From an uncultured Verrucomicrobia subdivision 3 bacterium (GTDB lineage Bacteria; Verrucomicrobiota; Verrucomicrobiia; Limisphaerales; UBA11358), in the NCBI GenBank assembly GCA_903878805.1, contig CAIRJF010000030.1:5873-69872 (forward strand): DNA of 64,000 nt, given 5' to 3'. A program made the translations under genes and the position numbers. The notes under the pieces were generated by a model, which saw only the letters and a list, made by a program, of their open reading frames with translations, was not told where the DNA came from and made no database searches. Positions 57,818 to 64,000 of this stretch are shown one piece after another. Every line of letters starts with the position of its first letter. Within the stretch, counting starts at the first letter, position 1.

Positions 57818-59593
57818 ATGAAAACTCAAATTCACACCCAACGGAAATTGATCTTCACTGGCGCAATGATCGGACTTTTTTCTATGGTCGCTTTAATCGC
57901 AAAAGCCGATCCGCAGATCACTTCATGGCTCACAACTTACGCGGGACAATACGCGCGGATTTACACGAACGACGTTTCGCGCACGAACGGCTTTTCGCAG
58001 ACGACTTGGACAAACGGCACGACCATCCAGACCTTACCGACGTATTGCGGTGTGCAGGAAATTTATTCGTCTAGCAACTGGGTTTATATCCGCAGCACCG
58101 GTCTAGGCAGTTTTGTGATGGGGCCGTGGTATTTGAACACGAATCACACGCTGGCATTTCCAAACTGGCCGGTGAATCAAAAAACTTTGTATCGCATTCC
58201 ACGCAGCCCGACCGTGCCAACAACAAAAACAGCTAATGGCGGTGGGCCGATTGGGTATTTTGTGGATGGCGCGGCGATGTTCAATAGTTGGGACGCCTAC
58301 ACTTACAGCACGGTTTCCAACACCGACGCGCAAAATATAACCGGCTATTGGAATCGCGATGCGTATGTGAATGAAGGCGCGAGCTTCGATCCTAACAACG
58401 CGCATCAGGCCGGCGGCCAATATCATTATCACGCCAATCCACCCGCGTTGCGCTACCAACTCGGCGACCACGTGGATTTCAATACGCTCACAAAAATCTA
58501 CGCCGAAGACACAAACACGCCGACGAAGCACTCGCCAATTCTCGCGTGGACCGCGGATGGTTTTCCGGTTTATGGACCTTACGGTTACAGCATTTCCAAC
58601 AACGCCAGCAGCGGCATCCGCCGGATGATTTCCGGCTACGTTCTGCGCAACGGCCAATACGGCACGAGCAATCTCACGGCAAACGGACGCACGACCATTC
58701 CGCAATGGGCCGTGCGACTGTTCAATGTCAGCTCAAACCAGACTGGGCCGAACGTCAGCACGAGCTATCCGCTCGGACGCTATATGGAAGACAATGATTT
58801 TCTGGGCGACCACGGCTACGCGTCCGGGACCAACACTTACGACTTGGACGAATACAACGGCCGCTGGTGCGTCACGCCGGAATATCCTAGCGGCACTTAC
58901 GCCTACTTCGTCAGCATCAGCAGCAATGGCACGCCAACGTTTCCCTACAACATTGGACGCGGCTATTACGGCAGTCCAACGGGTGGCACGGTGAGCGCAA
59001 TTTCAGTTACGGAAAACGCCGTAACCAATTTTCTCGGCAACACCAATCTGACTTCGATCATAAATTCCCCAACTGTGAAAAACGGAACCGTCACGCTCAC
59101 CTGGAGTGCGCTTGAAGGCGGCAGTTATGAGGTGGACGCGACCACAAATCTGGGAAGTTCGTCCGCATGGACCACGCTCGGCACCGGCGTTTTACCGAAC
59201 CAAATTGTCGGCGGCTACACCAATGTCACTTCGCTCAGCCAGCGTTTTTATCGTGTCGGACGTGACTCCGTGGCGACGTTTGACAGCCCCGGCACGACAC
59301 TTTTCGCGACCAATTCCGTCGCCCCCGGCGGGTCGGCGTATCGCGGCCAGACCGTGTTGCTGACCATCACGCTGCCGAGCACGCCGCCGAACCCGCCGGC
59401 AGGCGCGCCCATCACGAGTGTGACCATCGGCAGCATCACGGCCTTGAGCGCGACCTGCACGGCATCGGGCACGGTATCGGCACTGTTCACGATTCCGTCA
59501 AGTTATACGCCGACCGGTTCACAAACTGTAACGGTGACTTTCCAAAGTCCGGCACCGACTTTCACGCTTTCGAGTTATTTCACCATCAACTAA
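57818..59593 (+). CDS. secreted YHYH-motif protein with C-terminal beta-sandwich extension
   Basis: 591 aa. The signal peptide ends ..LIAKADPQ. The motif is AHQAGGQYHYHANPPALRYQLGDH. Conserved segments are HSPILAWTADGFPVYGPYGYS and LDEYNGRWCVTPEYPSGTYAYF. The C-terminal ~190 aa are fn3/Ig-like (GTVTLTWSALEGGSYEVDATTNLGSSSAWTTL...RFYRV). Confidence 0.8.
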   Translation: MKTQIHTQRKLIFTGAMIGLFSMVALIAKADPQITSWLTTYAGQYARIYTNDVSRTNGFSQTTWTNGTTIQTLPTYCGVQEIYSSSNWVYIRSTGLGSFVMGPWYLNTNHTLAFPNWPVNQKTLYRIPRSPTVPTTKTANGGGPIGYFVDGAAMFNSWDAYTYSTVSNTDAQNITGYWNRDAYVNEGASFDPNNAHQAGGQYHYHANPPALRYQLGDHVDFNTLTKIYAEDTNTPTKHSPILAWTADGFPVYGPYGYSISNNASSGIRRMISGYVLRNGQYGTSNLTANGRTTIPQWAVRLFNVSSNQTGPNVSTSYPLGRYMEDNDFLGDHGYASGTNTYDLDEYNGRWCVTPEYPSGTYAYFVSISSNGTPTFPYNIGRGYYGSPTGGTVSAISVTENAVTNFLGNTNLTSIINSPTVKNGTVTLTWSALEGGSYEVDATTNLGSSSAWTTLGTGVLPNQIVGGYTNVTSLSQRFYRVGRDSVATFDSPGTTLFATNSVAPGGSAYRGQTVLLTITLPSTPPNPPAGAPITSVTIGSITALSATCTASGTVSALFTIPSSYTPTGSQTVTVTFQSPAPTFTLSSYFTIN

Positions 59594-59606
59594 ATTTAAA
59601 GTCCGC

Positions 59607-60878
59607 ATGAAAACGATTTTATCCGCTGCCATTTTCTTAGTGCTGACCGCACCGGTTTTTGCCGACCCGCAAATCACGTCGTGGTTCACGCTCGATTCCG
59701 GTAAGTTCGCGCAAATCTACCGCACAGTCGCCGAGAAAAATTCCGGCCAGACCGAAACGACTTGGAGTAACGGACGCAACGTGCAATTGCAACCGGCCTA
59801 TTGCGGCGTGCAGCAAATTTTGTCGTCATCCAACTGGGTTTATGTCCGCAGCACCGGTCTAGGCAGCCAGATCATGGGGCCGTGGCAAAACGGCTGGTTT
59901 CCCAATCTGCCGACCGACCAGCATTTTATTTTTGCCATTCCGCGTCATCCAAAAGTTCAGACCGGAAATAATTTTAATCGCCTCGGCGAAATCGGAATGT
60001 TCGTGGACGGTGTGCGAATGTTTGATGCTAGCGATGCGTGGTCTTACTCCAGCGCGGCCGGCCGCGATTTCGGTCCCGGTGGCGGCGGTGGCAACGGCGA
60101 CCGCATCTGGAACCGCGACGCGTTTCCAAATGAGAGCCGGACTTTCGACGCGTCTTACGCGCACCAACAAAATCGCGGCACTTATCATTATCATGTCGAA
60201 CCCATCGCGCTGCGCTACGAACTCGGCGACCACGTTGATTTTGATTCCACGACAAAAACTTACCACGAGAGCAGCAACGCGCCGCAAAAACACTCGCCTA
60301 TTCTCGGCTGGATGCAGGATGGCTATCCGCTTTACGGGCCTTACGGTTATTCCAATCCGACCAATCCAGCGAGCGGGCTGCGCCGGATGGTTTCCGGTTT
60401 CGCTTTGCGCAACGGCGAAAACGGCACAGACAATCTCGCGCAAAACGGTCGCGCCACCCTGCCCGCCTGGGCAATCCGCGAACAACCTTTCAACGCCACG
60501 CAAACCGGCCCGGCGGTGAATCAAAAACGTCCGTTGGGATATTACATCGAGGACTACGCCTATCTCGGTGACTGTGGAAAAACTTTAGGCAAAGATTTTG
60601 ACCTCGACGAACTGAATGGCCGCTGGTGCGTCACGCCGGAATTTCCGCAAGGAACTTATGCCTATTTCACCACGATTGATGCAAGCGGTCTGCCGGTCTA
60701 TCCTTACAATATGGGCCGCCGCTACCATGGTTATCCGATTGGCCGCCTCGTCATGGGCGTTCACGAGCCGGTGACGACAAACTTTAGCACGCATCCGGTT
60801 CCAATCCCAAAAATGGCCACTGCCAATACCAAGACTCTGACGTGGAATACCGGCAACGGCGGTTACGATTCAAAATGA
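59607..60878 (+). CDS. secreted YHYH-motif protein (shorter paralogue)
   Basis: 423 aa. The signal peptide ends ..APVFADPQ. The motif is AHQQNRGTYHYHVEPIALRYELGDH. It shares HSPILGWMQDGYPLYGPYGYS and LDELNGRWCVTPEFPQGTYAYF, and is collinear with the 57818..59593 product. Confidence 0.8.
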   Translation: MKTILSAAIFLVLTAPVFADPQITSWFTLDSGKFAQIYRTVAEKNSGQTETTWSNGRNVQLQPAYCGVQQILSSSNWVYVRSTGLGSQIMGPWQNGWFPNLPTDQHFIFAIPRHPKVQTGNNFNRLGEIGMFVDGVRMFDASDAWSYSSAAGRDFGPGGGGGNGDRIWNRDAFPNESRTFDASYAHQQNRGTYHYHVEPIALRYELGDHVDFDSTTKTYHESSNAPQKHSPILGWMQDGYPLYGPYGYSNPTNPASGLRRMVSGFALRNGENGTDNLAQNGRATLPAWAIREQPFNATQTGPAVNQKRPLGYYIEDYAYLGDCGKTLGKDFDLDELNGRWCVTPEFPQGTYAYFTTIDASGLPVYPYNMGRRYHGYPIGRLVMGVHEPVTTNFSTHPVPIPKMATANTKTLTWNTGNGGYDSK

Positions 60879-62632
60879 AACTGGCGCGAAATATTATTTT
60901 TTGCCTGACAATTTATTACGGATTTAATTTGGCCGACGCTGCGACGCTGCAAATTCAAATCACGTCAAAAGTTTCCGGCGAAAATTTGCAACCCGCGTCG
61001 TTTCGCTACCAAACTTCAGCGGGCGAAACATTTTCCATTACCCGCGTCAGTTATCTTGTCAGCGATTTTGCACTGCAACGCAACGACGGCTCGTGGCTGG
61101 AATTCTCCAATTCCGTCGCGTGGCTGGACTTTGACGCCAACCGTAATTCCATCTGGCTCGAAAAAATTCCGGCGGGCGAATTTTGTTCCGTGCGCTTTCT
61201 CGTCGGCTTGAACACAAATCTAAATCACGCGGACATTTCACAATTTCCCGCCGGTCATCCGCTCAATCCAAACTTGAACGGACTGCACTGGAGTTGGCAG
61301 GGCGGATTTGTTTTTCTCGCGTTGGAAGGGTTGTGGCGCAACGCGAACGGCGAAATGGACGGCTGGGCGTATCATCTCGCGCGCGATACGAACGCCACGC
61401 GCATCACGCTCGCTGCGCCGCTGCAAATCACCAATGAAACCAAGGTGGAAATGGATTTTGATTTGGCGACTTTGCTGAACGCGCCGCGTCCGCTTTCGTT
61501 TGGCAAAGACGGTCCCTCCACGCACTCGTGCGATGGCGATCCAATTTCTGCCGCGCTCGTCGTGAATCTTGTGGGTGCGTTTCGAATCCACAAAATCACG
61601 GCGCTCACCGACGCCGAAATAGCCGTGGCACATCCAAAGCCGCTTTATTTGCCGGAAAAATTTACACCGTATCAATTCCAGATGAGCGCGACGTTTCCGA
61701 TTCCCGACTTGCCGCGCGATAATCCGCTCACAGTCGAACGCGTCGCGCTGGGCAAAACTTTGTTTTTCGACAAACAACTTTCGGTCAACAGCGCGCAGTC
61801 TTGCGCGGACTGCCATGTGCCGGAAAAGGCGTTTACGGACGGACGCCGCACAGCGCGCGGCGCAGAAGGCGAATTTGGAACGCGCAACGCCATGCCGCTG
61901 TTCAACCTCGCGTGGAAAAAAGAATTTTTTTGGGATGGCCGTGCGAAAAGTTTGCGGGAACAAGTTTTGCAGCCGATTCAAAACCCGATTGAGATGCACG
62001 AAACACTGACGAATATTTGCGCCAAACTGCGCGCGACGGACAAAATTGATTACGCAAATTTGTTTACCGCCGCGTTTGGTTCGCCGGAAATTACGGCGGA
62101 AAAGATTTCGCTCGCGCTGGAGAATTATCTGCTCACGCTGACATCTTTCAACGCGAAGTTCGACCGTGTTTTGCGCGGCGAAGAAAAATTTACAGCGGAA
62201 GAACAGCGCGGGTTTGAATTATTTTCCACGGAATACGATCCGCGGCGCGGGCAGTTTGGCGCGGACTGTTTCCACTGCCATGGCGGGCCGCTTTTTCAGA
62301 GCCAGAGTTTTGCAAACAACGGTTCGGACGGTGCGTTCACGGATATTGGCCGCGAGAAAATTACGGGCAAGGCGAGCGACCGTGGAAAATTTTCCGTGCC
62401 GTCGTTGCGCAATGTAGAACTGACCGCGCCGTATATGCACGACGGTCGTTTTCGCACGCTGGAAGATGTGATCCGCCATTATTCCACGGGCATTCCGCGC
62501 AGTGCGACGCTGGATCCGAATCTTGCCAAACATCCTGACGGCGGCGTGCCGCTCAGCGATACGGATAAGCGCGCGCTGATGGCTTTTCTGAAAACTTTGA
62601 CGGACGCGCAATTTGCTTTGACAGAAAAATAA
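60875..62632 (+). CDS. fusion of an MbnP-like domain and an MbnH/MauG-like diheme cytochrome c peroxidase
   Basis: The start MKLARNIIF (60875) overlaps the upstream stop (ATGA). The N-terminal ~270 aa resemble MbnP (ATLQIQITSKVSGENL...FSITRVSYLVSDFALQRNDGSW...GLHWSWQGGFVFLALEG). The C-terminal half is CCP/MauG-like with two heme motifs, CADCH (61802-61816) and CFHCH (62267-62281), plus PYMHDG. Confidence 0.8.
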   Translation: MKLARNIIFCLTIYYGFNLADAATLQIQITSKVSGENLQPASFRYQTSAGETFSITRVSYLVSDFALQRNDGSWLEFSNSVAWLDFDANRNSIWLEKIPAGEFCSVRFLVGLNTNLNHADISQFPAGHPLNPNLNGLHWSWQGGFVFLALEGLWRNANGEMDGWAYHLARDTNATRITLAAPLQITNETKVEMDFDLATLLNAPRPLSFGKDGPSTHSCDGDPISAALVVNLVGAFRIHKITALTDAEIAVAHPKPLYLPEKFTPYQFQMSATFPIPDLPRDNPLTVERVALGKTLFFDKQLSVNSAQSCADCHVPEKAFTDGRRTARGAEGEFGTRNAMPLFNLAWKKEFFWDGRAKSLREQVLQPIQNPIEMHETLTNICAKLRATDKIDYANLFTAAFGSPEITAEKISLALENYLLTLTSFNAKFDRVLRGEEKFTAEEQRGFELFSTEYDPRRGQFGADCFHCHGGPLFQSQSFANNGSDGAFTDIGREKITGKASDRGKFSVPSLRNVELTAPYMHDGRFRTLEDVIRHYSTGIPRSATLDPNLAKHPDGGVPLSDTDKRALMAFLKTLTDAQFALTEK

Positions 62633-62646
62633 TTTCAAAATCTTTT

Positions 62647-62683
62647 GGGCTTAACGCGGGCTTAAGGTTGTTTCAGGTAGATT
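62647..62683 (+). promoter_or_regulatory. second copy of the candidate response-regulator box + -10 element
   Basis: gGGCTTaacgcgGGCTTAAGGTTgtttcaggTAGATTggtcacATG, with the same architecture and spacing as 57775-57820. Confidence 0.5.
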
Positions 62684-62689
62684 GGTCAC

Positions 62690-62782
62690 ATGAAAAGTGA
62701 AGCCGGACGCACCACCAAACGAATCAATATCACCAGCGAGGAACTGGTGACGTTCGCGGTGCGGGTGGTCTTCAAAAAATAA
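62690..62782 (+). CDS. possible leaderless 30-codon mini-ORF (MKSEAGRTTKRINITSEELVTFAVRVVFKK)
   Basis: Its ATG sits in exactly the position that the YHYH start codon occupies relative to the repeated box/-10 element. Its stop is 10 nt before the receiver gene ATG, with GGAGG in between. No homology recognised. Confidence 0.25.
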   Translation: MKSEAGRTTKRINITSEELVTFAVRVVFKK

Positions 62783-62792
62783 CGGAGGAACT

Positions 62793-63206
62793 ATGAAACA
62801 CCTCTTGGCTACAACCGAAACCAAACATTGGATGCTGGTGGACGATAACGCCAGCGTTCTGGAACTGGTCTCCGCGCTGGTGGAAAATTTGACGGACGCG
62901 CCCATTGAACGGTTTAATTCGTCGCAAGCGGCGCTCGCCGCATTTGCAGCGGCACCGGAGAAATACGAAGTCGTCATCACGGATTTTGAGATGCCCGGAA
63001 TGGACGGCGTGGAACTTTGCCGCCGGATGTTGGCGCTTGCTCCAAAGCAAAAAATTATTTTGGCGACGGGCAGCGAATTCTTCACGAAGGCGGCGGCGCA
63101 GCACGCGGGTTTCAGCGGGTTGCTGAACAAGCCGTTTCCGATTGAGGCGCTGAGCACGACGCTGTCGGAAGCGGGAGTCGAAATGGGATTGTTGACGCAC
63201 GCTTAA
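62793..63206 (+). CDS. stand-alone CheY-like receiver domain protein
   Basis: 137 aa: WMLVDDNASVLELV.., VVITDFEMPGMDGVELCRRM, IILATG and LLNKPF (the D, D, T, K set is present). The SD GGAGG lies upstream. Confidence 0.85.
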   Translation: MKHLLATTETKHWMLVDDNASVLELVSALVENLTDAPIERFNSSQAALAAFAAAPEKYEVVITDFEMPGMDGVELCRRMLALAPKQKIILATGSEFFTKAAAQHAGFSGLLNKPFPIEALSTTLSEAGVEMGLLTHA

Positions 63207-63246
63207 AAATTTGCACCTGAACAAAAAAAACAAAATAAAACTAACT

Positions 63247-63693
63247 ATGAAAACAAAAATGACAATGGCAATGGTGGCCGCCATCGGCGCTTTGGCGCTG
63301 GCGGTCAACGCACAGGACAACAATCAATCGCCGGGCGGGCCGCCGCCATCTGATTCGCAATCGGCCACGCAGCACGCTGGCCCTCGCGGTGGTCGCGGCG
63401 GTTTCCATCTGTTGCCGCCGCCGCTGGTGCAACAGCTCAAGCTCACGGACGATCAGAAAACGCAGATCGCCGCGCTCGAAGCGGACACGAAGGCCAAGCT
63501 GGAAAAAATTCTGACGGCGGATCAACTGGCGCAGTTGAAAAACTTCCGTCCGCCGATGCGCCAAGGCGGTCAGGGTGGTCAAGGACAGGGACGTGGTCCT
63601 GGCGGTGATGAAAACGGCATGCCGCCCGGCCCGCCGCCCGGTGAAGATGGCGGCAACACGCCTCCGTCCGGTCCGCCTCTGGGTGGCAACTGA
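63247..63693 (+). CDS. secreted CpxP/Spy-like (LTxxQ-type) periplasmic protein with Pro/Gly-rich flanks
   Basis: Signal peptide MKTKMTMAMVAAIGALALAVNAQ. The central helix pair is LKLTDDQKTQIAALEADTKAKLEKILTADQLAQLKNF. The flanks are GGPPPSD... and ...GQGGQGQGRGPGGDENGMPPGPPPGEDGGNTPPSGPPLGGN. Confidence 0.65.
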   Translation: MKTKMTMAMVAAIGALALAVNAQDNNQSPGGPPPSDSQSATQHAGPRGGRGGFHLLPPPLVQQLKLTDDQKTQIAALEADTKAKLEKILTADQLAQLKNFRPPMRQGGQGGQGQGRGPGGDENGMPPGPPPGEDGGNTPPSGPPLGGN

Positions 63694-63720
63694 AGAACTT
63701 CCGTTCGTGTGAACGGCAAG

Positions 63721-63765
63721 GCGGCGGGCTGACGAAAACTCCGGGTGTGAACGTCAGTCCGCCGC
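63721..63765. terminator. strong hairpin between convergent genes (possible bidirectional terminator)
   Basis: gcggcgggctgacg-N17-cgtcagtccgccgc forms a 14-bp stem with one G-T pair. There is no clean U-tract on either side. Confidence 0.45.
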
Positions 63766-63814
63766 TCCTTTGTTGAAAACGATTTGGCGGTGAAAGAAAT
63801 TTCGCCGCTGATTT

Positions 63815-64000
63815 TTATTTTGCCAGCAAGCGACGAACAGACAGCAATCCCGCAAGAATCGCGATGCCGCCGCAGATTAAATACGGCAGCGCGCGGGTGG
63901 AATCGTTCAGGCCGTAAAGGGTCGCGGCAAAAATCGGGCCGACGATGCGCGCGAGTGCGCCTGCGCTTTGGGCAACGCCGATGGTTGCGCCTTGCTCGGT
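63815..64000 (-). CDS. C-terminal end of an MFS-type transporter (gene continues beyond window end)
   Basis: Own translation of the minus strand gives TEQGATIGVAQSAGALARIVGPIFAATLYGLNDSTRALPYLICGGIAILAGLLSVRRLLAK*. The G..QS.G.LARI.GP motif is the MFS loop motif between TM helices 8 and 9. Confidence 0.6.
   Translation of the reverse strand, partial: TEQGATIGVAQSAGALARIVGPIFAATLYGLNDSTRALPYLICGGIAILAGLLSVRRLLAK

Overview
High-GC, densely coding 64-kb chromosomal segment with about 58 protein genes. I found no rRNA, tRNA, CRISPR array, transposase or integrase by eye. The gene content suggests a PVC-superphylum (Verrucomicrobiota-like) bacterium, but this is inference only. The supporting features are a long cyanobacterial/plant-type IspH, squalene-hopene cyclase, a membrane-tethered ECF sigma factor, an RCC1/Ig-repeat exoprotein, a four-helix-bundle IVS-family protein and K/A/E-tailed ribosomal proteins.

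Most of the window is housekeeping: ppc (partial), ispH, dGTPase, M3 peptidase, an LplT-PlsC-Aas fusion, purB, lolD plus lolC/E, pyrD, shc, tsaD, ctp, ispD, infA, recJ, terC, secDF-yajC, rpsF-ssb-rplI, pth, L25, prs, mnmA, gltBD, csp and hemW.

The best candidate for an undescribed system lies at 55.5-63.7 kb. An OmpR-type response regulator and histidine kinase are divergent from an operon of two paralogous secreted YHYH-motif proteins and a single-polypeptide MbnP-MbnH (diheme peroxidase) fusion. A leaderless-looking mini-ORF, a stand-alone receiver and a CpxP/Spy-like periplasmic protein follow. Both transcription units are preceded by the same motif, GGCTT-N6-GGCTTAAGGTT-N8-TAnAnT-N6-ATG.

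Other points worth a second look:
- a frameshifted RCC1-propeller exoprotein gene;
- a 5'-truncated cohesin/dockerin-like gene behind a sigma-54-like element;
- a 104-bp palindromic element between convergent genes;
- two AT-rich patches: a lipoprotein islet and the extracytoplasmic half of the ECF sigma fusion;
- an fn3 / four-helix-bundle gene pair next to about 600 nt of ORF-free DNA.

All calls rest on reading the sequence and the ORF track. No searches or computations were run.
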